A stretch of DNA of 64,000 nt, taken from Octopus sinensis (Eukaryota). How positions within the stretch are numbered: the first letter of the stretch is position 1; each line of letters begins with the position of its first letter. The DNA is taken from the NCBI RefSeq assembly GCF_006345805.1, contig NC_043003.1, positions 24,676,001 to 24,740,000 of the forward strand. The letters run 5' to 3'. Below the pieces are notes generated by a model. The model searched no databases and had not been told where the DNA came from. It worked only from the letters and a program-made list of their open reading frames with translations. The translations under genes and the position numbers were made by a program. Below are positions 26,139 through 39,610 of the stretch, one piece after another.

Positions 26139-26825
26139 CATCATCATCATTTAACATCCATTGTCCCCGTTGGTATGGAATGGACGGTTTTGACCAAGGC
26201 TGGCAAGCTGGAAGGCTGATTTGGCATGGTTTCTATGGCTGGATGCCCTTCCTAATGCCAGCCTCTCCAAGAGTATAATGGGTGCTTTTACATGACACCA
26301 GTATCTGCCATGACTGCAATTTTACTTGGCTTGATGGGTCTTCTCAAGCACAACATAATGCCAAGGTCTCAGTCATTCATCATTGCCTCCATGAGGCCCA
26401 ACCCTCAAAAGGAGCTTTTCTTGTGACACTGGCATCAGCCACTTTGCCTTCGTGAGGCCTAACACTTGAAAGGTGGTTTTTATGTGCGAGTTATGTGACA
26501 CCAGCATCAGTCACAACTATGATTTCACTTGGCTTGATGGGTCATCTCAACCACTACAGATCACCAAAGGTCACTAGTTATTGCCTCTGTGAGGCCCAAA
26601 ATTCGAAGATCATGCTTCACCACCTCATCCCATATCTCCTTGGGTCTACCTCTATCACAGTTAGAGATCAGCACTTCTTTACACAACTGTCCTCATCCAA
26701 GCACATCACATAACCATACCAGCACAGTTGTCTCTCTTGCACACCACATTTGATGCCTCTTATGCCCAACTTTTCTATCAAGATGCTTACACTCTGTCAT
26801 ATATGCACACTGACATTGCACATCC
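26138..26825 (-). mobile_element. 5'-truncated RTE LINE
   Basis: 26610-26825 is the reverse complement of an ORF2 C-terminus homologous to 1317-1470; 3'UTR and (CAT)n tail lie to the left. Confidence 0.8.
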
Positions 26826-27677
26826 ATATATATTATGTGGGTCTGCATTTAAAAAACCTGTATGGACATAGTTTGGGTACATTTGACAAAATACTAGAAA
26901 TCTCTTTTTTCATTACTCTTTCATAATATTCATTTGTTTAACTTCATAATAGCCTTGATTGAGATCTATGACCAAGGGTGCTCCAGATGTGACCATCCTG
27001 TCTTTTTCCTTAGATTTATGACAATATTCAGTGTGTCAGTCATTTTCTTAATATGGTAGCATACAATCTAAAGCAGATTTTTGGCTGCTATTTTTAGCAG
27101 TTGAGTTACTGTTTAGTAGTTACTACTGTTTTGTTTGGTTTATTCAATTCCAGTTAATTCAGCTTATCCCTTGTATTATCACATTTTGTTGAAATCTGCT
27201 GTTGTTGTTTCAATTACTTTTGAAAATAATGAATTTACTAAAAGAATTTTGATATTATTAAACTGGTGTTTTGAACCTGAAGTAACCTGACATTTTGATA
27301 GAGGGTTTTAATTCAAATCACTCTTAAACATAGAGTTTGTATTGTAGAACAGTCTCAAGCAGGTTGCTATCAAAAGGGTTGTACATGCTCACTGTATAAA
27401 CAGGAATTTTCATGGTGTTTGATCTTTACTCTTACATATGTCACATTTCTCAGAACTTGATTGACAATTCTGCCACAGGAACATTACAATACACACACAC
27501 ACGTGCGCACACACACACACACACACACACATTGTTTCTCTGTCATTAATTAAACTTAAATACATAGCACCATCACTGCCATGATCACCAGTAACTTTGC
27601 TGTCAAACCAAAAGTGGCTTACAGCTCAACAAAGCAGCCTTTACACTAGTCTTTTCAAAGGTTTATTTTTGCTTTAA

Positions 27678-28044
27678 CCCTTTCGTTACTGTATTTATTT
27701 TGAGATGCTCTCTGTTTCTTTCAATTACTTTAAATATAACAAAGAATTTAGTAAAATAACTTAGCTATCGTTAAGTTAGTGTTAGGAACATAAATTTTGA
27801 CTAAGGTTTGGTGGGAGATTTTAATTCAAAACTGATGAAAACAAGACATTTGTACTCAGAGCCAGAGCCAGTTTCAGCCAGGTTGGTAACTGTTATGTCG
27901 CATGTTCGGATGACCTCTCCTCAACTCTCGACTCTCACCGCTACTCAACTGTTCTCCTGACATCTAGGCTTCTCCCTCTATATCTACATATTGGGCTAGC
28001 CTACTTCATCGTCTGGGGGCGTCCACACAACAGTAACGAAAGGG
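27678..28044. mobile_element. piggyBac-like MITE (TTAA target site); related copies ~2590-2840, 27165-27380, 31640-31800, 40566-40790, 62928-63135
   Basis: TTAA-ccctttcgttac ... gtaacgaaaggg-TTAA. Confidence 0.85.
27891..28032. mobile_element. 142-bp solo LTR nested in the MITE TIR
   Basis: TGTTATGT...ACACAACA termini flanked by a perfect 5-bp duplication GTAAC. Confidence 0.8.
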
Positions 28045-29396
28045 TTAAAACAATCTCCTCCTCTGTTTTGATCGTGTAAATTTCTCAATGTGTACCATCT
28101 CACCTTCAAGTGGAGCAACTTTGGGAGTTAACAAGGTGGATTTTTTTCACCCTCATCATCATCATTTAACATCCGCTTTTCCATGCTGGCATGAGTTGGA
28201 TGGTTTTACAGGAGCTGGCAAGCAGAAGAGCTGCCCCAGGTTCCATTTGTGTGTTTCAGCATGGTTTCTACAGCTTGATGCCCTTCCTAATGTCAGCCAC
28301 TTTACACAGTGTACTAGGTGCTTCTTATGTGAACCCCAGCACAGGTATTCTTTATCCGGTACCATCATATTAATGTTCTATGTAAAAGATAGAGTTCAGG
28401 TTCGAATCTTGTTGAAACTAAGTGTTGACTGGACATTACAAAATGATGTATAAACAGCCATTTGACTTGCTAGAAGTAGCAACTAAATCTCCCTCTGATT
28501 ATGCTCCACCATCATATACAAAGAAAAAGAGACATTAGACTAAGTAGTTTCAGTTTTTGATGATTAAAAAAAAAAACAAAAAAAAAACAGAATGATCTTG
28601 TTGGAATGGTTTTGGTCATAGATCTACTCAATCAGAGCTAACCCAGGGCTAAACAGCAACAAAATTGACTGAGGATTTTGTCATATATGTGGTAATAGGG
28701 ATGTTTCTGTCATAAACTGTTTCATATTTGATATATTTTGATATATAGATCATTACTCAAAACTTTCGCATTCATGTCAGGCATTAAAAGCAAATAAGCC
28801 TTATTGAGGGGATCTATTGCCAAGTTAAACCCCATCACAAGATTTCAGTCTAAGATTACTTTTTTTTCTTTTTATTCCAGTCATTGGAATACAGCCAATA
28901 CTTACTTTTAGTCTGCTACTTATTCTGTCAGACTCTTTCTTTGCCAAATTACGAGGATGTAAACAAATTTATACTGGTTGTAGAGCAGTGACACTCACAA
29001 ACACACGTGTGGGAACACGCACATATATAATGGGCTTCTTCACAGTTTCCATCTACCAAATTGACTCACAAGTTATTAGTCAGTTCAGGACCATAACTGA
29101 AGAAAATTGCCCAAAGTACCATTCAATGAGATTGAACTTGAGATCATATGGTTTGAAGTTCTTAACTCCAACTATACCTGCTCATATACTCTTTTACTCT
29201 TTTAATTTGTTTGTCATTGTGGCCATGCTAGAGCACCACCTTTAGTTGAAGAAATTGACTCCAGGATTCATTCTTTGTAAGCGTAGTACTTATTCTATCG
29301 GTCTCTTTTGCCGAACTGCTAAGTTACAGGATCTAAACACACCAGTATCAGTTGTCAAGCGATGGTGAGGGGACGAAAACAGACACACAAACACAA

Positions 29397-29431
<35 letters not shown>

Positions 29432-30889
29432 CGCAATGGGCTTCTTTCTGTTTCCGTCTACCAAATCCACTCACAAGGTTTTGGTTGACCTCAGGCTAGA
29501 GTAGAAGACACTTGCCGAAGGTGCCATGCAGTGGGACTGAATCTGGAACCATGCGGTTGGTAAGCAAGCTACTTATCACCAATACTTATTGTTTTTACTC
29601 ACTGAGCCTAGAGAAAGGGGCAGTGCATATGGCTTTTCAGGTCCTCAGAGATCAGTAAGACTGATGTCATTTATGTTCTTCTTGAGCCTTTGTAAGTCAA
29701 TACCTGCAGGAAAAACGTGAACAGGAACTGAATTTCTGGAGATCAACATTCTGAGATGGAAAGATAGTGCATATTAATTAGGGCTTTGCACGATTAGACA
29801 CATCAAAGGTAATGAATGGAATGAAATGAGTGGAAGTGGCATGGGCCCAGCCAACTCTGAGGAGTAGAGGTCATAATAGTAGCGATAGAAGACACAGAGG
29901 GAGGAGCGAGGGAGCTCACCCGTAGGCCAGTGGTAGGAGCATTTCTATTAGTAATTTAATGCCAATCAGTCAGGTTACCCTTTTTTATTTTGCAAATTAA
30001 TGAAAATTATTTTCTTTGAAATTAAGTCCTAATTTCTTAAAAACGTTTTCCTTTTCATTGTGAGTCATTAACAATTATCACCAAATATTTCTCTCTTTCT
30101 TTTTCGCCTCTCTCTTTTTCTTCTTTCTCCCATCCCCTCTCTTCTTTTTCCTCTCCTCTTCTCTGTTTCTCTCTCCACCTAAAAGACAGATTTCAATTAA
30201 GAAATTTTTGTGTACATTATTTAGAACATCACCATAATCCTAAATTAACAAAAAATAAAGTCAACCATACATCTCCTCATATAATCTGATTTCAATTAGG
30301 ATTCATACGTCTCTTTGGTACATACAGGCAGCCATGTGGCCCAAGCAATTGATAATTTAAATTTTATTTCCTAAAGACACATTCACTCTACTTAAAAACT
30401 AAATGGCAAAATCGGTGCTAGCATACTTAATGGTGTAATCCAAGAAATTTCAATAATTAGAATTGAACCTGTAAGGAGAAAAACTCACTAAAGTCTGTTT
30501 TGAGCCCCCTTCAGGCCCATTAAGCCAGAGCTTATCAAGGTTTCATGGCATCAAAGTTATTGAGACTACAAGGCTCTGCACACCTACACACATACCTAAA
30601 TAAAGCACCAGTTCATTGGGGCTTGTATTTGTTCAAGGCGCTTGTACTTGTTTTAATCTGAGTGAAATGAAGTGCCTCGCTCAAAAGCTACAGTGCACAG
30701 CCCAGTCCAAGAATCTCACTCACAAGCTAATGATTATAAGCCCAATGCCAAAGCCAATGTGACACACTCTTCATTAGTTCGAGTTTGAAGGACTTTTGTG
30801 AAATATTACCTTGCTTGGAAACAGGTGTGGGGCGGGGGTCACTCCCCTGGTTGGAAACCACCGATGTAAATGGACAGACAAGCATCATA

Positions 30890-31643
30890 TCTCATAGCTT
30901 TGAGATTTCAATGATGTAATTGTTTATTTTTAAAATAACATTGCATAGGAGTGGCCGTGTGGTAAGTAGCTTGCTTACCAACCACATGGTTCAGGGTTCA
31001 GTCCCAGTACGTGGCACCTAGGGCAAGTGTCTTCTACTATAGCCTCAGGCCGACAAAAACCTTGTGAGTGGATTTGGTAGACAGAAACTGAAAGAAGCCT
31101 GTCGTATATATGTATACATATATATATATATGTATGTGTTTACATATGTTTGTGTGTCTGTGTTTGTCCCCCAACATCGCTTGACAACCGATGCTGGTGT
31201 GTTTACGTCCCCGTAACTTAGCGGTTCGGCAAAAAAAAGACCGATAGACTAAGTACTAGGCTTACAAAGAATAAGTCCTGGGGTCGATTTGCTCGACTAA
31301 AGGCGGTGCTCCAGCATGGCCGCAGTCAAATGACTGAAACAAGTAAAAGAGTAGAGTAGGTGTGAGAGGCCAAATCTGGTCAGTTTGAAGATAAAACAGG
31401 TAGATTATTTTGGCCAATTTAAATGCTAAAGGGTTAAACCAGCCATATCCAGCCCAAATTTTCTACCTGTTTTATGTTCAAAACAGCCAGGTCTGGCCTT
31501 TCACATCTATTCTACAGTGTGATTCTAAAAATTAACAATCACATCATTGAGACCTCAAAACTATAAGATGGTGCATGACTAATTCAAAAAGTGGGAATAA
31601 ATGAGGATTACATTTGACAGAAATCTGAATGCTTAAGGATTAA
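30890..31643. mobile_element. Two oppositely oriented copies of a second piggyBac-like MITE, the first interrupted by SINE A
   Basis: ...aaacaggtagattattttggcc...aatgctaaagggTTAA followed by ...attttctacctgttttatgttcaaa; homologous to 9272-9873. Confidence 0.65.
30943..31357 (+). mobile_element. SINE family A full copy; other + copies ~12096-12345, 14505-15055, 34070-34490, 44958-45345, 56284-56660
   Basis: Near-identical to 9412-9822. Confidence 0.88.
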
Positions 31644-32008
31644 AGTCATCTGAATTAAAACCTTCCTTCAAAATTTTTTGCTAATCTGTGTTCCAAACTT
31701 GAGCTTAATGATGACAAATTTATTTTACCAAATTCTCTATTTTCAAAATTAATTGAAACAAAAGGCCTTGTATTTCAACGAAATTATGGTAACAAAAGAC
31801 CTGAAGTTTCCAGTTGTGGCTCATTGAGCCTACATGGTGTACAACATTTGCATTTTAATTATAAATCGTTAGCTGTCATCTGATCACTCTAATTCATTAA
31901 TTAATTACCAATATCAATCTCATTGAGCATCCATTATCTACCTCTGTAGGCTTTTCTCATTTAGTCTATGAATATCTTTCTTTGTGTGTGTGTGTGTGCT
32001 TGTACAAG

Positions 32009-32047
<39 letters not shown>

Positions 32048-32725
32048 CTGTACAAGTGTTTGTGCATGTGTGTGTGTGTGTTAACATATGTGAGCATATG
32101 TCCATATGTACATGGTTGTTAATATTATGTCACATAGTAAGACAGTGAGTTGACAGAAATGTTAGCACGCTGGGCGAAATGCTTAGCGGTATTTCGTCTA
32201 CTGTTACATTCTGAGTTCAAATTCCGCCGAGGTCGACTTTGCCTTTCATCCTTTCAGGGTTGATAAATTAAGTACCAGTTATGGACTGGGGTCGATGTAA
32301 TCAACTTTAATCCCTTTGTTTGTCCTTGTTTCTCCCCTCTATGTTTAGCCCCTTGTGGGCAATGAAGAAATAAGAAACATTTGCATGCTAAGCAAAATGC
32401 TTAGCAGCATTTCGTCCGACTTTGCAACCTGAGTTCAAATTCTGCCAAGGTTGACTTTGCCTTTCATCCTTTCGGGGTTGATAAAATAAGTACCAATTGA
32501 GCACCGGGATCAATGTAATCTATTTACACCCTCCCCCAAACTTGCTGACCTTGTGCCAAAGCCTGAAATTGGTATTGCATCACATGTTTGGGTGTATGTG
32601 ACTGATGTTTGGGCATGTATTGGTTGACATCTGGCTATATGCTGCTGACATCTTGTGTGTAGGTAACATTAGCAACACATGGGTGGGTTTAAATATACAT
32701 GTGGGTGATGTATTAATTGTCACTA

Positions 32726-32973
32726 AATATGACTGAGGTTTTAGAAATACCTATATTGCTAGAAATAGGAGCTAAATGCACTAATACTGTAGTCAAAGCA
32801 CATAATTGTATACATATATACTGACAAGGACTATAATTGCTTGAACAGTGTTTTCAGGTGATTATAGTCCCTGCCAGTATATATGCATACAATTATGTGT
32901 GTTGACAACAGCATTAGAGCATTTTAGTTCTTATTTCTAGCAATGTTGGTGTTTCTAACACCCTAGTCATATT
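32726..32973. repeat. Fold-back element, ~120-bp imperfect arms, minimal loop
   Basis: aatatgact...attgctagaaata...gactataat is mirrored by attatagtc...tatttctagcaat...agtcatatt. Confidence 0.85.
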
Positions 32974-33337
32974 AATTTTGTATGTGTGTGTGTATATATA
33001 TATATATATATTGCGGGAAGGACTGTTTCAATGAAGTCGCGTATTGTTCTTGCTTTCAAAACGCAGAGTAGATGAAACAGGAACAACTGATGAAGGGGAA
33101 TATTCTTTATGTTGCAGGTCTCGTTTCTCTGGGGGTTTTTTTTTTGTTAGAAAAAAAGTTCGTTTTCTATGTTTTTGTTCCTCATTGTGTTCAACGTTTT
33201 TTTTAATGTCCTGTACCCATATAAACCTGTATATGTACATATATATGTAGGTATGTACATATATGTATGTATCTATGCATATATTTATTATTTATATTAT
33301 TATTATTATTATTATATTATTATTATTTTTATTATTA

Positions 33338-33380
<43 letters not shown>

Positions 33381-34240
33381 TATATATATGTATGTATGTA
33401 TATACAAGTATTGTTAATGTCATTTTGCTTCTCAGTGGTGCTTTCTCTGCATGTGTGTGCATGTGACATACTTATTAAAATATACATGATGGCAATAATA
33501 CATGTGTAGCATCACTGTTGTTTAGGTAACATTATTAACACACGTGGGTGGTATTACAAGAATGTGTGTATGTGTATTACTAACATATTGTTAATCTCAC
33601 TGTGTTTTTCAGCAGTACTCTGTGTGCGTGCAACAGGTTTACTAATCTATACATATTGGCAGTAATATGTATGCAACTATACTACCGAGATATACATAAT
33701 GGGTATTATAGCTTCTGCATAGACCATTTGATATATGCACATGTCACATAAATCATCCTCTGGTTTTCTTTGCCTTAAGAGTCAATTTACAACTCCCACT
33801 TTTTCTTTTCCTACACATTGGATTCTAATAGATTTTCATGTATTGATATTGTTTAGCTTTTCTACTTCCAAGAAATTCTATTATTCGACAAATGAAAATA
33901 ATTTATTAATTGAAACCAGGGAACTCACTTGGCTGTAAAGTCAGAGTACTTAGTCTTGGTTCTACAATGGGGCTGAATTCAAAAATTATGTGGTTGTGAA
34001 GTAAAAGCCTTATTTCTGTAAGGGTAGGCAAGGCTGTGTTTTTTGGGGTTTTTTTTCTGTAAGGGCAGGCAAGAAGCTCACTTTGCAACCACATAGTTTT
34101 GAGTTCAGTTCCACTACATGACCATCTTGGCCAAGGGTCTTCTAGAACTACATCCCTGGGCCAACTAAAGCCTTGTGAGTGAATTTGGTTGACAGAAATT
34201 TTGTAGAAGTCCATTGACTACATCTGTACAAATGTGTGTG

Positions 34241-34317
<77 letters not shown>

Positions 34318-34972
34318 ATGTATGTATGTGTGTATTTGTATGTCTCCCCCAATACAAGCAGACCACTTGACAACCAGGGTAGACTTATTTACATCCCATA
34401 ACTTAGTGGTTCAGGAAAAGACACCAATAGAATAAGTACTAGGTTTTAAAAATAAGCATTGGGATCAATTTGTTCAACTAAACTTTTCTGAGTTCAAATT
34501 CCGCCGAGGTCGACTTTGCCTTTCATCCTTTCGGGGTCAATTAAATAAGTACTAGTTACACACTGGGGTCAATATAATCGACTTAATCTGTTTGTCTGTC
34601 CTCTCTGTATTTAGCCCCTTGTGGGTAGTAAAGAAATAGGTATCAACTAGCCCCAACTCCAACCCTCATCTCCTCTCGAAAATGCTAGCCTTGTGCTAAA
34701 ATTAGTAGTTTTATTTCTGCTTTTTTACATTCTGATTTCAAATCCTGCTGAGGTCAGATTTGGCTTTCATCCTTTTGGGAGTCAGTGAAATATGGTCGCA
34801 GCCAAGTGTTGGCTTCTATGTAATCAAGTAACCGCTTCTCCCTAAAGTTGCTGGCCTTGTGCCAAAATTAGAAAGACTTATTATTATTATTATCTATTGT
34901 TTCATGGTAAGATGATGTATTGTGCTAATGTATTGTTTTGTAAGTCTAAAACGTCCAAGATGAATTGTTACT

Positions 34973-35174
34973 AATAAGATTATAATTTTTCGGACTGTTG
35001 AACTCGTCTTTAAAGATGAAACATTTTAATATTTACGGCCACGCTACGTTTCGATCGGTTTGATTTCCTGATGACAGAGATCAGACCGATCGAAACTTAG
35101 GGCAGAATGTAAATATTAAAAATCATTTCATCTCCAGAGATGAGGTTAATAGACCACAAATTTATAATCTTGTT
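34973..35174. repeat. ~200-bp imperfect hairpin
   Basis: aagattataa...agatgaaa...aatatttac...gtttcgatcggt is mirrored by accgatcgaaac...gtaaatatt...tttcatct...ttataatctt. Confidence 0.85.
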
Positions 35175-35308
35175 GCGAATAAAAGAAAATCATCATATCT
35201 ATTATTATTATCATCATTATTATTATTATTACTATTATTTCTGTTTTAAGTCAATTCAATCAATTATATCTCTCCACTAGAAATTTGTTAATTTGTGCCC
35301 ACGTAAGA

Positions 35309-35349
<41 letters not shown>

Positions 35350-36181
35350 GGTGGCGAGCTGGCAGAATCGTTAGCACGCTGGATGAAATGCTTAGCGATA
35401 CTTCGCCTGTTGCTACGTTCTGAGTTCAAATTCCACTGAGGTTGACTTTGCCTTTCATCCTTTCGGGGTCGATAAATTAAGTATCAGTGAAATACTGAGG
35501 TCGACATAATTGACTAGTCCCCACCCGGACAAATTTGAGCCCTTGTACCTCCAGTAGAAGGGATTATCATCATCATCATCATTATTACTGTGCTGAGCAA
35601 AATGCTTAGCAGTGTTCCACCCATCTTTGTGCTCTGAGTTCAAATTCCAACAAGGTTAACTTTGCCTTTCATCCTTTTGGGGGTCGATAAAATAAGCAAC
35701 CAGTTGAGCACTGGAGTCGTTGTAATCGACTTACCCCTCCTCCAAAATTGCTGTCTCTGTGCCAAAATTTGAAACCATCATTATTATTAAGGCAATGAAC
35801 TGGCAGAATCATAGCACATTGGACAAAATGCATAATGGCATTTCTTCCAGCTTTTTAAATTTTGAGTTCGAATTCCTCTGAGATCAACTTTGCCTTTCAT
35901 CCTTACAAGGTCAATAAAGTAATATTCTATTTGAGCACTGGCGTAGATATAATCGACTTCCCCCTCCCCTCAAAATTGCTGGCCTTGTGCCAAAATTAGA
36001 AAGTATTATTATTATTATCATTATAAGTAGCAGTAGTAGTAGTAGTAGTATAACAGTGGTGGATTGCACATAAGAACATGATAAACATAGACAAACCCTA
36101 CAAACACATATTCTGATAAACAGTCAAAAACCTACAACAAACATATATAGTACACTTCCTCTCTTTCCCAATCTCTCTAGC

Positions 36182-36236
<55 letters not shown>

Positions 36237-37521
36237 TCTCCCGCATACATACAGAAATATAATTTTTTTTATTTACCCTCCTATTGTCTCTCGAACCTTT
36301 GATTTGTAAAAACACCTCCTCCTCCCTCCAATATCATCTCATTTTCTACTCTTCCTTTGCCCCTCTTTATGTTACTTGCTTTGGTTTTTGTCATTGTGGT
36401 TGCAGTCTGAACAACATAGAATCCACTGTTACGATTGTGATTGTGGGATTTGGAAATCAGTGTTGCTGAATCTGAAAAGCTGTGCACAGACACATGTACC
36501 TCTTTATTATTATCATCATATTATTTCATTCTTTTACTTTGTTTCACTCACTTGACTGCAGCCATGCTGGAGCACCGCCTTTAGTTTAACAAATCAACCC
36601 CTGGACTTATTCTATTGGTCAATTTTGCTAAACTGCTAAGTTACGGGGACATAAACACACTAACATCAGTTGACAAGCGATGGTGGGGATACAAACACAG
36701 ACACACAAATATATATATATATATATATGACAGGATTCTTTCAGCTTTGGTCGGCCTGAGGCTATAATAGAAGACACTTGCCCAAGATGCTATGCTGTGG
36801 CACTGAACCTGGAACCATGTGGTTAGGAAGCAAGCTTCTTACCACACAACCATAGTGATGTTTATTTTATTCCTCTACATTCTAAGATCAAATCCTATTA
36901 GAGTTGACTATTTCTTTTTATCTGCTTTAATTTTGGCAATATATCGTGCTTAAGAAGACCTGTCAAGGTAAGTGAGATCACAGTCGTGACCAATGGCATT
37001 TAAAAAGCACCCTCTACACTCTTGGAGTGGTTGGCATTAGTAAGGGCATCTAGCCATAGAAACCATGCCAAATCAGATTGGAACCTGGTGTGACACTCCA
37101 GCTTGCCAGTTTTCAGTCAAACCATCCAACCCATGCCAGCATGGAAAACAGATGTTAAATGATGATGATGATGATGATGATGATGACAGTTGGTGGTGGT
37201 GACAGCAGCAGCAGCAGTGGCAAGCCCCAGAGCAGTCCTGATGGGGAGAACTATGACTAGAGACGTTCCAACTATGGCCACCTAGTCTTTTCCCTCAGAC
37301 ACAGTGCTCCCAGGACTACATTATCTAATATGTTCTTCTTTTCTAAGTTAACAGGGTGAGATTAAAATGGCAAACTGGCCAATTCTTTAGAGCACCAGAT
37401 AGATTGCTTTGCAGTATTCATTTCACTACTCTACTCCCTGCCAAGATCAACCATTCCGTTCATACTTTTGAGGTAAAAACAAAAGTACCAGTCCTGTGTT
37501 GGGGACCATTCTCTTTTTTTC

Positions 37522-37557
<36 letters not shown>

Positions 37558-38947
37558 AAGGCAGATTTGGTGGTGGTCAGATCTGGAGATAGATGGGCTA
37601 AAAAAAAAACAGATTGGGGTGCTAAAAAAACAGATTGGGGTGCTTACGTTAAAACGCACTATATTGCATGAGGTTGCTCCCACCCCAACTGTTCTCATCA
37701 GCTCAAGACCCAAGGCAAGGAAAAGGTGAGGTTGAGGATAATTTGGTTGCTATTTCTAGCAAATTGAAAGGTCATAGAGAGGCTCCCATTTAGACTTATG
37801 TGGATCTCTTATTGATTCCCAGGTTTTTTGAACATCTGTTTTAATGGCTTTTTTTATGGTTCCCACATCAACAGTGATACAAGAGGGTTCACAAACATAC
37901 CCCAAAGTTCTTCTCGCTTCCTTGACCAGACCTAGAGCCCATTCTTCTTATGTTACTTTCACTTCAGTTGTGCTGCCGTGTGATTTAACAGAATCTCTAT
38001 GATTCTGCATACCTTTCTGTTTATTTGCTCCATTATGACAATAACTGGCTTCCATACCTTTATTATGTGGTCCATCAGTTTATACTGATAAATGCCACAG
38101 GATTTCAATCATTTTTTCCCCCCTGTTTTGTTTCCTTTTTGTTTTTTGTTTCTTCGTCTGAAGCTGGTTCTGTTCTTTGTTTTTGTCTTTTCCTTCTTAT
38201 CGAGATCAAAATCCACTAATCATATTGTGTATATTTTTCCTTTCTGTGTAATGTCTACTCATACCATTTTCTTTTTCTTTTCTGTATATACCTTGTATAT
38301 ATATATTCTCACATAAGATGATTCTCACTTTTGTCTACTTTGCATCATATCCGACACTTATCTGGCTTCCGTAATATAATTGTATATATGTGTGTATGTA
38401 TGTAGGTATTTATATAGTTATATACATTTATATATACATATAGTTATATTCTTTTTAACAAGGTTTGTTCAGTTTTATTATGTTTTATTTAATCTTACAT
38501 CATCTTTTAACCAAGAATGCTATCATTTCTCCTACTACATCTGTTTGCCTGACAAATACTCCATTTTTCTTCCCTCTTGTTTCTCTGTCTTTTTTGTTCT
38601 TTCTCTTTTTTTTTCATATTTACTGTAATATTTCCTGGCTTTTCATTTTTCCTCAACATAAGTTTGGTAGATCAAACAGGAGAAAGAGAACTCACTGCAT
38701 GCGTATGCGTAGGTATGTGTGTACATACATATATACACACATACATACCTGCATACATATATATATGTACTTGTGTATGTATGTGTATATATATGTATGT
38801 ATATATAAATATATATAGGCAGCGTCCAACTTGTGTTATTTGTAGCATTATCTGCATCAAGATGCATCATTCATAAAAGAATTATTTTACGTTCTCTCAG
38901 AGTTTATCAAATCTTATGATGTCAGCAACATATATGTATGCATATAG

Positions 38948-38994
<47 letters not shown>

Positions 38995-39284
38995 CACATA
39001 CACACACATGCAAGAAAGAGGGTGCTGAATAGTTCCTGGCTTTGGGTAAAAGAAAATACAGGATCAGTTAATTACGATTTTATTTGATGTATTCACCTCT
39101 TGGATTCACACACTTATTGCAGCTGTCCTTCAGTTTTTCTAAGCCCTATAAAGAACTTGGAAGGCTGGGCCTCCAACTAGGCCTTTCAGAATACTCTTAA
39201 AAAGGGCATCTAGCCATAGAAAACCTGCCGTAATAAACTCCGTCCAACCCATGCAAACATGGAAAAGTGTGCATTAAAACAATT

Positions 39285-39317
<33 letters not shown>

Positions 39318-39610
39318 GTAAAATCTTACCCAGATCCCCACCTTGGAAAAGAACTACCCCAGTGTAGATATGTGGTCAACTCTGACCACCACAGACTTTA
39401 AAGCAGTGTTTCTCAACCATGAGCCCTCTTGATTCCTATGTTACTCTACTGGACCACCTTAACCATTCAATGTTTCTAAAAAAATCCCATTAGATTTTTA
39501 TAATTAAATATTATTTAGAATTGTATAAAAATTTTTAATATTTTTTGTATTATAGAAGTATAGCCAATTTATTGCAGATACATTTTAACAACAAAACCAT
39601 TGCCTTAGAG

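Noticed and set aside
36440-36469. VGFGNQ resembling ArfGAP1 YVGFGNT
   Set aside because: Followed by a stop after two codons, with no suitable splice sites or surrounding similarity.
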